NCBI GenBank assembly: GCA_013359225.1 | Contig: JABWCG010000004.1 | Location: 1,550 to 65,549 of the forward strand | Origin: Candidatus Buchananbacteria bacterium | GTDB taxonomy: Bacteria; Patescibacteriota; Patescibacteriia; Buchananbacterales; UBA6539 | Length of the DNA stretch: 64,000 nucleotides | Direction of reading: 5' to 3' | Part shown: positions 17,755 through 26,639 of the stretch, one piece after another | Numbering within the stretch: the first letter of the stretch is position 1 | Layout: every line of letters starts with the position of its first letter | Made by a program: the position numbers and the translations under genes | Notes under the pieces: model-generated | What the model was told of the DNA's origin: nothing | Databases searched by the model: none | What the model saw: the letters and a program-made list of their open reading frames with translations, nothing else

Positions 17755-18218
17755 AAAAAATTATTATAATATTTTTACTGGCTATCCTCGGATTGACCCT
17801 GGGCAGCCCTGCCTTAGCCCAAGAAAATAAAAAACCTTGGGTTGAAGAAATTTTAGGCGGTCCGCTGATTCCCTCCGGGTGCACCGAAAGCCAAGCTAAT
17901 GCCGGTTCTAGCCAAGTAACCAAATGCGGCCTTAATGAAATGCTGCAGGTTGGTATTAACTTTTCAAAAATCCTGCTCGCCCTAACCGGCAGCGCTGCTT
18001 TATTGATGTTTGTGTATGGCGGCGCGATGTTTATCATGGCGGCCGGCAAACAAGAAATGGTACAAAAAGGTAAAGCGGCGATGACTGCCGCCGTCATCGG
18101 CATTGTTATCATTTTAGGGGCCTATCTAATTGTCAACTTTACCATTCTTGCCCTGACTAAAGGCGAAGTCGGCGGCAATGCCACCATCTTTGGCCAACCT
18201 TTCAATCAAACTCCATAA
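17751..18218 (+). CDS. VirB2/TrbC-like pilin with Cys-containing variable region
   Basis: Signal peptide PALA; YGGAMFIMAAGKQEMVQKGK..MTAAVIGIVII motif. Confidence 0.8.
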   Translation: MKKIIIIFLLAILGLTLGSPALAQENKKPWVEEILGGPLIPSGCTESQANAGSSQVTKCGLNEMLQVGINFSKILLALTGSAALLMFVYGGAMFIMAAGKQEMVQKGKAAMTAAVIGIVIILGAYLIVNFTILALTKGEVGGNATIFGQPFNQTP

Positions 18219-18351
18219 GATTGCCGCTAAAACATCTGGGGTTTTCATTGACACTAGCAACCAGTATTTATTATAATTTAGATAAGGTTATTTAAAATTA
18301 AGGCTGCAAGCGAAAGCAACACAGCTTCCAACCGTGAAAGGGGGTGAGAAA

Positions 18352-18711
18352 ATGAAAAAAATTGCGATTTTAACAACTTTAGGCGTAATCTTTGCCTTGA
18401 GTGCCATGCCAGTTTTGGCGATTGACACCGGCTTAAATTACGGCACTTACACTGGTTTGGGAACAAAGGACTTACGAGAAGGTATCATGAACGTCGTCAA
18501 CGTCTTGCTTGGATTCTTAGGCATTTTAGCAATCATTATTATCCTGTGGGGAGGTTTCCGCTGGCTTACTTCGGGCGGTAACGAAGAAAAAGTTGGTGAA
18601 GCTAAAAAGATTATCACCGCCGGTATTATCGGTTTGGTCATTATCTTTACGGCCTACGCCATCGCCAGCTTCGTCATCGTTCAGTTGATTCAGGCCACTG
18701 GCGCTCAATAA
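18352..18711 (+). CDS. VirB2/TrbC-like pilin, putative major pilin copy 2
   Basis: Close paralogue of 6007-6366; SD AAAGGGGGTGA; GGFRWLTSGGNEEKVGEAKKII. Confidence 0.87.
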   Translation: MKKIAILTTLGVIFALSAMPVLAIDTGLNYGTYTGLGTKDLREGIMNVVNVLLGFLGILAIIIILWGGFRWLTSGGNEEKVGEAKKIITAGIIGLVIIFTAYAIASFVIVQLIQATGAQ

Positions 18712-18752
18712 TAACTAGTTTGAGTTTCAACGGTTATTAGATACATTCAAGC

Positions 18753-18786
18753 TGGGGAGACCTTCATAACTTTGGGGGTCTCCCCA
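18753..18786 (+). promoter_or_regulatory. Strong hairpin after the major pilin gene (partial terminator or mRNA stabiliser)
   Basis: TGGGGAGACCTTCA-loop-TGGGGGTCTCCCCA, with no long U-tract. Confidence 0.6.
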
Positions 18787-18790
18787 ATTG

Positions 18791-19207
18791 ATGAAAATTT
18801 ATAAAACCATGAAAATTTTAATTACCACAATCGTTATATTTTCAATCTTATTTTTGGTAGTCGCGCCAGATATACTACTAGCCGCCTGCCAAGGAACTGA
18901 CTGCGTCACCGCCGGACTGGAAGTAACTACCGAAAAAGCCGGGCTTGACACCGGTGCCAACGCCACCAACCTGCCCCGAATCATTGGTCGCGCCATCAAT
19001 GCTCTATTTGGCATTATCGGCGTTATTTTTCTAACCGTCGTCTTAATTGGCGGCTACGAATGGATGACATCCGGCGGCAGTGAAGAAAAAATCGCCAAGG
19101 GCAAAAAATTTATCATCAACGGCATCAACGGCATGATCGTTATTTTTTTGGCCTACGCCTTAGTCTACGTCATAATGTTTTCTCTAAGTCGCGCTACGGG
19201 CAGTTAA
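18791..19207 (+). CDS. VirB2/TrbC-like pilin
   Basis: GGYEWMTSGGSEEKIAKGKK motif; alternative start at 18809. Confidence 0.83.
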   Translation: MKIYKTMKILITTIVIFSILFLVVAPDILLAACQGTDCVTAGLEVTTEKAGLDTGANATNLPRIIGRAINALFGIIGVIFLTVVLIGGYEWMTSGGSEEKIAKGKKFIINGINGMIVIFLAYALVYVIMFSLSRATGS

Positions 19208-19208
19208 C

Positions 19209-19622
19209 ATGAAATTTACTTTTTTACAAAAAAATTTTTTGGTTGTCAGCTTATTGATACTGACGACGTTTTTAATGACAACTCATTTTGTCGCCGCCAG
19301 CACCATGGACCAGGTTAACAGCGGTTTTGCCCAGACTGGTGAAGAAGCAGGCTTTCCAACTCAAGGTGGCAAACCAAAAGTGGAATTTAGTCAGGCTTTT
19401 ATCAACTACGTCAACAGCATGATTGGCCTCATGGGTTTACTGTTTATGGTTTTAGTCATCTACGGCGGTTGGCTTTGGATGTCTGCGCGCGGCAGCGAAG
19501 AACAGGTTACTAAAGCCAAAAAACTTATTATTAACGCGGTCATTGGCTTAGCGGCGGTCATTGGCGCGCGCCTGGTGGTAGAATTAGTTATTATTTATTT
19601 GAGCCGAACTTTTGTCAGTTAA
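19209..19622 (+). CDS. VirB2/TrbC-like pilin
   Basis: YGGWLWMSARGSEEQVTKAKK motif. Confidence 0.83.
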   Translation: MKFTFLQKNFLVVSLLILTTFLMTTHFVAASTMDQVNSGFAQTGEEAGFPTQGGKPKVEFSQAFINYVNSMIGLMGLLFMVLVIYGGWLWMSARGSEEQVTKAKKLIINAVIGLAAVIGARLVVELVIIYLSRTFVS

Positions 19623-19623
19623 C

Positions 19624-20025
19624 ATGAGTATGTTACAAAAAACTTTTTTTATTGCCCTGGTTCTGACGCTTGTTTTTCACGGTGTCGGGGTATTAGCTGC
19701 CGGCACACCTATTGGCGAACAAATGGGCGGCGGCCTGAACACCGCCATTGACGAAGTTTATGGCAGAGACGTTACGGTTGATCAAACCACATTTAACAGC
19801 GGTTTAATTACAATTATTAACACCCTGCTAACGTTTACCGGCATCATTTTTTTGCTACTGATCATTTATGCCGGGTACTTATGGATGACCGCACGCGGCA
19901 ACGAAGAACAGGTTGACCGGGCAAAAAAAATTACCCGCGAGGTAGTAATTGGTTTACTGCTAATACTGCTGGCCCGAATTATTACTGAATATATTTTGAT
20001 TCAAATTGGCAAAGCCACTAACTAA
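19624..20025 (+). CDS. VirB2/TrbC-like pilin
   Basis: YAGYLWMTARGNEEQVDRAKK motif. Confidence 0.83.
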   Translation: MSMLQKTFFIALVLTLVFHGVGVLAAGTPIGEQMGGGLNTAIDEVYGRDVTVDQTTFNSGLITIINTLLTFTGIIFLLLIIYAGYLWMTARGNEEQVDRAKKITREVVIGLLLILLARIITEYILIQIGKATN

Positions 20026-20030
20026 AAAGT

Positions 20031-20426
20031 ATGAAAACTATTTACACACTCTTATTACTCAGCATCATTACTGCCGCCCTAGCAACACTAACGCCGGTAC
20101 TGGTCCTGGCACAGGGCGGTGATATTACTCAACAAATGCAAAACAGCCTAGCAAACGTCAGCTTGCCAAGCACTAACAAAGACGAGGGTCGGGTTGAAGT
20201 CATTGTCGGGAAAGTAATCGGCGCATTTTTGAGTATTTTTGGTATTATTTTCATGGTATTAATTATTTTTGGCGGCTATAAATGGATGATGGCTTCCGGC
20301 CGTGAAGAAGAAATTTCCAAGGCCAAAGCTACGATTCGCTCAGCGGTTATCGGCTTAATTATTGTTTTAGCGGCCTACGCTATCACCTTCTTTATTACTA
20401 ATGCTCTACAACAAGCCGTTGGCTAA
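20031..20426 (+). CDS. VirB2/TrbC-like pilin
   Basis: GGYKWMMASGREEEISKAK motif. Confidence 0.83.
   Translation: MKTIYTLLLLSIITAALATLTPVLVLAQGGDITQQMQNSLANVSLPSTNKDEGRVEVIVGKVIGAFLSIFGIIFMVLIIFGGYKWMMASGREEEISKAKATIRSAVIGLIIVLAAYAITFFITNALQQAVG
20347..20386 (+). repeat. 40-bp exact direct repeat, second copy at 20751-20790
   Basis: TTATCGGCTTAATTATTGTTTTAGCGGCCTACGCTATCAC in two adjacent pilin genes. Confidence 0.9.
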
Positions 20427-20431
20427 AATGT

Positions 20432-20848
20432 ATGAATGACACACTTAAAAAAGCGACAATTTTTTTCACCGTTATTGCGCTGCTTCTGGCCTTAAACATT
20501 GGATCGGTTTTAGCCCAAGGCACGCTTGACTTGACCGGTAAACTGAAAAACGTCGGCGGTAACGCTGGCTATTCCGCCGAGGTAACTGAAAACACGCTTC
20601 CTAACACCGTCGGAAATATTATCAAGGCCCTGCTATCCCTTTTGGGTATTATTTTTATGTCTTACATTGTGTACGCAGGATATCTCTGGATGACCGCGGC
20701 TGGCAACGATGAAAAAATCACCAAAGCTAAAGCGATTCTTCGCGGCAGCATTATCGGCTTAATTATTGTTTTAGCGGCCTACGCTATCACTCAATTTGTG
20801 CTCGTTTCAATAACTGAGGCAACCGGGTATAGCTCCGCAGGAAGCTAA
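20432..20848 (+). CDS. VirB2/TrbC-like pilin
   Basis: YAGYLWMTAAGNDEKITKAK motif. Confidence 0.83.
   Translation: MNDTLKKATIFFTVIALLLALNIGSVLAQGTLDLTGKLKNVGGNAGYSAEVTENTLPNTVGNIIKALLSLLGIIFMSYIVYAGYLWMTAAGNDEKITKAKAILRGSIIGLIIVLAAYAITQFVLVSITEATGYSSAGS
20687..20727 (+). repeat. 41-bp exact direct repeat, second copy at 21130-21170
   Basis: TGGATGACCGCGGCTGGCAACGATGAAAAAATCACCAAAGC in two adjacent pilin genes. Confidence 0.9.
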
Positions 20849-20862
20849 TAAACTTCAACTTT

Positions 20863-21303
20863 ATGTTTAGTAAACTTTACCGCTCAATTATTCTGACCCT
20901 TTTGCTACTAGCCGTCGTTGGCATCACGTTCTCATTTGGTGCTATAGACACCAATGCCCAGGAAGGGTTAAGTCTTGATGAAATGACCAAACAAGCGGCC
21001 GGCGCTGCGGGCTACAGCGAAGAAACCAACGAAACCACGTTTGCCAAAATTGTTGGTACGGTAGTTCGGGTATTTCTTTCGTTGCTCGGTGTCATTTTTA
21101 TCTCTTACACTGTATATGGCGGGTTCTTATGGATGACCGCGGCTGGCAACGATGAAAAAATCACCAAAGCAAAGCACATTATCCGCGACGGCATTATCGG
21201 CTTAATCGTCATTCTGTCAGCAGCCGGCATCTACTACTTTATAGCCGAGTTTTTAATTGACACCTCTGGCACTTCCGGCGGCACTATTCCTGGCGGAGGT
21301 TAA
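20863..21303 (+). CDS. VirB2/TrbC-like pilin
   Basis: YGGFLWMTAAGNDEKITKAK motif. Confidence 0.83.
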   Translation: MFSKLYRSIILTLLLLAVVGITFSFGAIDTNAQEGLSLDEMTKQAAGAAGYSEETNETTFAKIVGTVVRVFLSLLGVIFISYTVYGGFLWMTAAGNDEKITKAKHIIRDGIIGLIVILSAAGIYYFIAEFLIDTSGTSGGTIPGGG

Positions 21304-21314
21304 AAGACAAATCT

Positions 21315-21734
21315 ATGAATAAAAAAATAAAATTTTTACTGACCTTTCTGCTGCTACTAGGCATTTTAACCCTGAACGTGACGCCGGTTTTGGCGCAAGG
21401 CCTCCAGGACCCGGCTAAACAAAAACTTGATGCTCAAAACGAAGCTTTTTTGGCTGAAACCGGACTTGGAACTCAGACGAGTTTGTCACTGATGGTAAGC
21501 GCCATCATCCGAGTATTTCTGTCTTTTCTGGGAGTAATCTTTGTTGTTTTAATTATCTACGCCGGTTTTATGTGGATGACGTCAGCCGGCAATGAAGATA
21601 AAATCAGCAAGGCCAAAAAAATTATGGCTTCCGCCATTATTGGTTTAGCAATCGTACTGGCGGCATACGCCATCACCTACTTTGTACTTGATCAGCTACT
21701 TGAAGCAACTAAGGGCGGCCAAGGACTCGACTAA
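21315..21734 (+). CDS. VirB2/TrbC-like pilin
   Basis: YAGFMWMTSAGNEDKISKAKK motif. Confidence 0.83.
   Translation: MNKKIKFLLTFLLLLGILTLNVTPVLAQGLQDPAKQKLDAQNEAFLAETGLGTQTSLSLMVSAIIRVFLSFLGVIFVVLIIYAGFMWMTSAGNEDKISKAKKIMASAIIGLAIVLAAYAITYFVLDQLLEATKGGQGLD
21570..21610 (+). repeat. 41-bp exact direct repeat, second copy at 22832-22872
   Basis: ATGTGGATGACGTCAGCCGGCAATGAAGATAAAATCAGCAA in the two pilins flanking the lipoprotein gene. Confidence 0.9.
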
Positions 21735-21754
21735 TCAATCTTGATAAAATAAAT

Positions 21755-21797
21755 AGAGGGTGCACTATTTTTTCCGTTCTGGAAAAGTGCACCCTCT
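21755..21797. terminator. Bidirectional terminator
   Basis: AGAGGGTGCACT...AGTGCACCCTCT inverted repeat between convergent genes. Confidence 0.7.
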
Positions 21798-21825
21798 TTG
21801 AAAAAACAAAGGCTCGCTAGGCTCG

Positions 21826-22404
21826 CTAGGGAGCGACGATTGACCAGTCGCAGGTAAAACCCTCAACTTGGTTATCCGCTTCCACGGTGTCGATATCGCG
21901 CCAACCTCGCAGATAAGCGCTGCTTGATCCGGCGCGATAGAGTTGCACGTAGTACCGATCAGCCGGCAAAAACGTCCACTCTTTAGCACCAGGACCAATG
22001 GTTCGAACCAGCGCGAACTGGCCATAACTGACCTCAAACCGTACTGGCCGGCTTGAAGCGTTATAAAGGACCCCCCGATAGAACTTAAAGGGTCCTCGCG
22101 GCAATGTCGCTGACGGATCAGCATTCAAATCTGGCAAAGCCTTCCAGTAGCTTTCGCCCTGAAGCTCCCAGAATTGCCGCACCGCTTCGTCGCGGTTGGC
22201 GCGCGCCTTCATCCAAGCCTCGACGAAATTCTGGTTGGAGTCGGTATAATGCTCTACTCCTCCCACGTGCAGCTCAGCAGCCTGATAGCCGACCCAATAC
22301 TTGCTGTCTGCGTTCTGCTTTGCCACCAAGGCCGCTCGACCAGTTGGCGTCACGGTACTGCAACCAACCGCCAGCAGCAACACTATTGCACAAATCTGTT
22401 TCAT
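21826..22404 (-). CDS. Hypothetical lipoprotein (GC-rich solo gene inside the pilin array)
   Basis: MKQICAIVLLLAVGC lipobox; SD AGAGGAG; own promoter. Confidence 0.75.
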   Translation of the reverse strand: MKQICAIVLLLAVGCSTVTPTGRAALVAKQNADSKYWVGYQAAELHVGGVEHYTDSNQNFVEAWMKARANRDEAVRQFWELQGESYWKALPDLNADPSATLPRGPFKFYRGVLYNASSRPVRFEVSYGQFALVRTIGPGAKEWTFLPADRYYVQLYRAGSSSAYLRGWRDIDTVEADNQVEGFTCDWSIVAP

Positions 22405-22477
22405 CGTAAAACCGCTCCTCTTGGTTATCGGCCGCTAGGCCTAATTTTTCAATTCAAAGGGCACTAAAGAACTTTGA

Positions 22478-22506
22478 ATATTAACATAAATTAGCAAATT
22501 TGTCAA
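22478..22506 (-). promoter_or_regulatory. Sigma70 promoter with extended -10
   Basis: TTGACA-N17-TAATAT with TGn. Confidence 0.65.
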
Positions 22507-22570
22507 TAAATATTCCCCTAAAAACAGATAAAATGGTATAATTACCTTACTTAACTTTTAAAATACCTGT

Positions 22571-22990
22571 ATGACCAAAACAGCTTACCTATTTTTACAT
22601 GCCCTAATGGTTTTTACGCTCTTGCTCAGCCTAGTACCGGTTAATGCTCTGGCAGTTAGTGGCGACATTACTGATTTAATGAAAGATCAGCTCGAACCAA
22701 TTGAAGAAGTCTATGATCCGCGCGACGACGTTACCCCATCAACTTTTTCTAAAAACGTTGCTCAAATGATTAATGTCGTGCTTGGATTTCTAGGAATTGT
22801 TTTCCTCATTTTAATCCTCTACGCTGGCTGGATGTGGATGACGTCAGCCGGCAATGAAGATAAAATCAGCAAAGCCAAAAAAACAATGGTTGCCGCCATT
22901 ATCGGAGTGGCGATCATTTTAGCAGCGTACGCCATCTCCTACTTTGTTATTAATCAATTATTGATTGCTACCAAGGGCGAAGGATTATAA
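22571..22990 (+). CDS. VirB2/TrbC-like pilin
   Basis: YAGWMWMTSAGNEDKISKAKK motif. Confidence 0.83.
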   Translation: MTKTAYLFLHALMVFTLLLSLVPVNALAVSGDITDLMKDQLEPIEEVYDPRDDVTPSTFSKNVAQMINVVLGFLGIVFLILILYAGWMWMTSAGNEDKISKAKKTMVAAIIGVAIILAAYAISYFVINQLLIATKGEGL

Positions 22991-23000
22991 ATGGTCTCTA

Positions 23001-23039
23001 AAAACAACCCGGCGCCATACGGCTTTCGGGTTGTTTTTT
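23001..23039 (+). terminator. Intrinsic terminator
   Basis: AAAACAACCCG...CGGGTTGTTTTTT. Confidence 0.75.
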
Positions 23040-23065
23040 ATTAACTAAAAAACTACAATAAGTAC

Positions 23066-24997
23066 ATGAAGCCGTCTGTAATCCAATCATGGATCACCAC
23101 CCACAACCGGCAAATTCTTTTTGCGGCAATCGCGCTATATAGCGGATTATTTTCGCTAATCGCTATCTGGAAATACCACAACTTCTACTATACTGCCATT
23201 GATCTGGCAATTTTTAATCAAACTTTTTTCAACTCGCTTTTGGGAAACTGGTTTGGGCTAACCATTCATCCGCCAAGCTACCTAGGCGATCATTTTTCAC
23301 CATTACTCATACTATTACTACCGTTTTATGCCCTGACCAAAAATCCGGAAAGTTTGCTGATACTGCTGGCAACAATCAACGGCCTAAGTGCTTGGCCACT
23401 ATATCTGATTGCCAAAAAAGCGCTGGGTGCTAAACTGGCGCTGCCAGTTGCCCTGGCCTGGTTGCTAAACCCGGTAGTACAAAACACCACGCTGTTTGAA
23501 TTTAATTTTTTGTCGTTTGCCGTGTTCTTTTTGTTCTGGGCGTTTTATAGCTACCAAAGAAAAAAATTCCTGCCGGCAGTCCTCTTTTTACTATTGGCGA
23601 TGCTTGCCCGCGAAGACGTTAGTCTAGTAGTCTTAATGTTTGGCATTGTTGCTTTAGGTCAAAAAAAATCATGGCGTTGGGTTGTTACGCCGTTGATTAT
23701 GGGTTTGGTCTATTTTAGCGCCGCAGTTTTTGTAATAAAAGTCTTCGCCCCGGCCGATGAATATAAATTTTTTATCTACTACCCCTGGATTAATCACCTA
23801 ACAACCCAGCCATGGCTACCGATTATTTATCTGCTACGACCCAATAACATTATCTACCTTATCGGTCTTGGGTTAACGGTAGTTTTTTTACCATTAATAA
23901 GCCCGCTCTTTTTATTACTTGGTGCCATTATAGCGCTACAACTCCTGCTTGGCGGGTCGGGTGGCGGACAACTCCTGCTGGAAACCCACTACTCCAGCCT
24001 GTTATTGCCAGCACTATTTATCGCCTCAATTTATGGCTTAAAAAAAATTTTTGACCCAAACCAGAAACCAACCATTATTAAGCTTGTCAACCAACACCGT
24101 GCACTACTTACTACACTCTTAGTCTTTGGCGTTTTCTATGCTAGCGTAACACTGGGCCCGGCCTCCGGCATTTGGCAGCACCGACACCGAACCGACAACA
24201 GTAAAGCGCGCGCCACCATGCTTCGGCAAATTCCCGACGACCAAGCCGTTGCTAGTAGCTACCAATTTTTACCGACGCTATCCTCGCGAAAAAATATTTA
24301 CTCTTTTAATTATGCCTTTTTAGGCAAGCAGCAATTTTTACGTAGCGACTACAAACTGCCCGAAGACACTACCTGGATCGCTTTAGATTTTTCCGATCTA
24401 ATCACCTACCAAATCCAATACGGCTTCAATCCTTATTACCAAAATCAATACCAGGCCGCGCTTAAAACGTGGCCAAAACTGCTTGATGATTTTGGGCTGG
24501 TGGCCATTACTGATAGCTACGCCCTATACCAACGCAATGCAACTGCAGCCTTTGAACTAGTAAAAATTTTAGACACGCCACCAATTAATGCCAATGCTGT
24601 TTCCCTAACCAACGGGGTGATATTTTTAGGTTACCAAAAAGAAGCCGGACAATATCAACTACTTTGGCAACTCATGCTGCCGCAAGAAATACCTTATCGC
24701 ATACGCCTAGAATTGATTAAAGACGGTAAAACCGTATACCAAAAACTGTATCCCTTTGGATATGATTTATTACTAAACGCACCAGCGGGGCCAGCAAATG
24801 TCCAAACTAATTATTGGTTTAACCCCGACCATCGCGTAGCTCCCGGAACATATGACCTAAAGCTGACGCTGGTCAAGATAATTGATGGCGGTATTGAGGT
24901 TGATGAAATTCGGTCCACTAAAAATGTGATTGATCAGGAAGAAATTATAGGCGAAATATTAAAAACAAAATTTATTGTACCACTTGATACACTGTAA
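23066..24997 (+). CDS. DUF2079-like membrane protein (putative GT-C glycosyltransferase)
   Basis: DLAIFNQTF, SYLGDHFSP, FEFN, LAREDV motifs; polytopic with a soluble C-terminus. Confidence 0.75.
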   Translation: MKPSVIQSWITTHNRQILFAAIALYSGLFSLIAIWKYHNFYYTAIDLAIFNQTFFNSLLGNWFGLTIHPPSYLGDHFSPLLILLLPFYALTKNPESLLILLATINGLSAWPLYLIAKKALGAKLALPVALAWLLNPVVQNTTLFEFNFLSFAVFFLFWAFYSYQRKKFLPAVLFLLLAMLAREDVSLVVLMFGIVALGQKKSWRWVVTPLIMGLVYFSAAVFVIKVFAPADEYKFFIYYPWINHLTTQPWLPIIYLLRPNNIIYLIGLGLTVVFLPLISPLFLLLGAIIALQLLLGGSGGGQLLLETHYSSLLLPALFIASIYGLKKIFDPNQKPTIIKLVNQHRALLTTLLVFGVFYASVTLGPASGIWQHRHRTDNSKARATMLRQIPDDQAVASSYQFLPTLSSRKNIYSFNYAFLGKQQFLRSDYKLPEDTTWIALDFSDLITYQIQYGFNPYYQNQYQAALKTWPKLLDDFGLVAITDSYALYQRNATAAFELVKILDTPPINANAVSLTNGVIFLGYQKEAGQYQLLWQLMLPQEIPYRIRLELIKDGKTVYQKLYPFGYDLLLNAPAGPANVQTNYWFNPDHRVAPGTYDLKLTLVKIIDGGIEVDEIRSTKNVIDQEEIIGEILKTKFIVPLDTL

Positions 24998-26639
24998 CGC
25001 CCTGAGACGAAAACACTTCGTGCAAATACTTATGAAGGGCCGGGTTAAAGCTACCCAGCTCTTTTTCGTAATCACTGTATATGAGGTATGAGATATTATT
25101 AGCCAACAAAAACTCATGCTTTTTATCGGCATAGTCGTTGTCTAAGAAAAACCACTGAATATAGGCTGCCTTGGAGCCAAAAAATAGCGTTTCGTGAGCA
25201 TGGGCCGCATATACCGCATGCCCGGAAAATCCTGGCGCAAATTTAAGCGGAATATCAGCGCCAAACACCACTCCGGCCCGAGACTGCTGGGTCGCCAGCC
25301 AAGCATAGGCGTCAAATAAACCATTGGGCAAAAACAGTTTGGTGGTAATAGCAGGACTGTTGCTGAAAATAAAATAAAAATCGCGGCCAACACTATACAA
25401 ATTTGACGGCATCAGCCAAATCACAAACAACAAAATCAGTAGCACGCTATTATTAATCCAGAAATCATACGTTGCCGGCTTGAGCCGAGTTCGCAGATAT
25501 GCCCCCAATTCGCTTAGACCAATAACCGTAAAAATCACTAAAATAATATGTAGACCCTGCGTATAGCGGCTATGGAAAGGAAACGGCGAATAAATCAAAA
25601 CAATATCAACAATAAACCACGAAAGCAACAACCAGTGACGGCGATCAAACTTTTTTTGGTGCCACAAAAACCATAAGCCCAAAATAAACCCCAGCCACAA
25701 CAGACCGTAACCTAATACCACAAAAATAAAAGGTGAGATATTAGTGACATTTTGAATCGCCCGCTGACCAATCACCGGACTAGCGCCAATCAGCCAAAAA
25801 TGATAAATCACCGACGGTAATGATATTAAAAATACCACTATTAAATAGCCGGCTTCACGCCATAAAAATCGATTAGCCCGCAGCATTAAACCAAACAAAT
25901 AAAGCCCTAAAACACCAAAAATAACCGGAAAATAATATGGGTGAAAATTAAAATAACACAAAGCCAAAACACCACTTACAGCCGCATATACCATTTTTCT
26001 CCTACTTTCAAACGCTAGCGCCATCAGTAAAAAAATAAGAATCATCAGCGTAATTGAGGCGATAAAATGCGACGTTTGATAAAGCGTGTTAAAAGTATTT
26101 GCCTCAGTTAACCATAAATCAATTGGCCAGCGGTAGGGGTCGGGTCCTTCAATGCCCAGCGCGTCAATTGGTGCGGCAACATAAAAACCAAGGCCGCTAG
26201 AAAAAAGTAAAAAGATAAGTGCGGTTAGTCGCACCGCGCGGTCGGAAAAAAAGTAAGCGATAAAAATATAAGCTACTGTTAAAAAAACAGGAATCATAAT
26301 CAGCCGCGAAAGTTGAAACGCTAAAATAACCGGCAGATTAAATATGCCCGCCAACTGCCCAATCCAAGCCCACCATATATTCAAGGTTCCGAATGCTTGC
26401 GGTTCAGGAGTTAATAAGTTTTTTACGAATATTTCGCCGCTACGGGCCTGATTGATATATGAATAATAAACAGGAATATCTCCGGGACTTAACGCGTGCA
26501 AACCATTATAGGTAAAACCATTAGGTGCAAAAAAATACCCCGCCAAATATGGCAGGCCGGTAATAATAATCATCACTAGCGCCAACAACCAAACCAAGCG
26601 CCATTCTTGTTGACTGATAGTGGCTAAAATTTTTTTCAT
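24972..26639 (-). CDS. Polytopic membrane protein, putative GT-C glycosyltransferase (paralogue A)
   Basis: PGDIPVYYSYINQA, FSSGLG, WPIDLW.TEA, FHPY, AHAHET. Confidence 0.7.
   Translation of the reverse strand: MKKILATISQQEWRLVWLLALVMIIITGLPYLAGYFFAPNGFTYNGLHALSPGDIPVYYSYINQARSGEIFVKNLLTPEPQAFGTLNIWWAWIGQLAGIFNLPVILAFQLSRLIMIPVFLTVAYIFIAYFFSDRAVRLTALIFLLFSSGLGFYVAAPIDALGIEGPDPYRWPIDLWLTEANTFNTLYQTSHFIASITLMILIFLLMALAFESRRKMVYAAVSGVLALCYFNFHPYYFPVIFGVLGLYLFGLMLRANRFLWREAGYLIVVFLISLPSVIYHFWLIGASPVIGQRAIQNVTNISPFIFVVLGYGLLWLGFILGLWFLWHQKKFDRRHWLLLSWFIVDIVLIYSPFPFHSRYTQGLHIILVIFTVIGLSELGAYLRTRLKPATYDFWINNSVLLILLFVIWLMPSNLYSVGRDFYFIFSNSPAITTKLFLPNGLFDAYAWLATQQSRAGVVFGADIPLKFAPGFSGHAVYAAHAHETLFFGSKAAYIQWFFLDNDYADKKHEFLLANNISYLIYSDYEKELGSFNPALHKYLHEVFSSQGVTVYQVVQ

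Noticed and set aside
6007-18711. Invertible segment bounded by the oppositely oriented twin pilins
   Set aside because: The DNA copies differ at many synonymous sites and no recombinase is present; nothing shows inversion
21811-21829. GGCTCGCTA tandem duplication at the end of the lipoprotein gene
   Set aside because: Only two 9-bp copies; too short to support a target-site duplication or other function
20347-22872. Pilin repeats as a CRISPR array or DGR template/variable repeats
   Set aside because: Three unrelated in-frame coding pairs with no regular spacers, no adenine-specific mismatches, and no cas or reverse transcriptase gene in the window
17751-22990. Type IV (PilA-like) pilins
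   Set aside because: No G|FTLxE class III signal peptide; they have standard signal peptides and two hydrophobic helices like VirB2/TrbC
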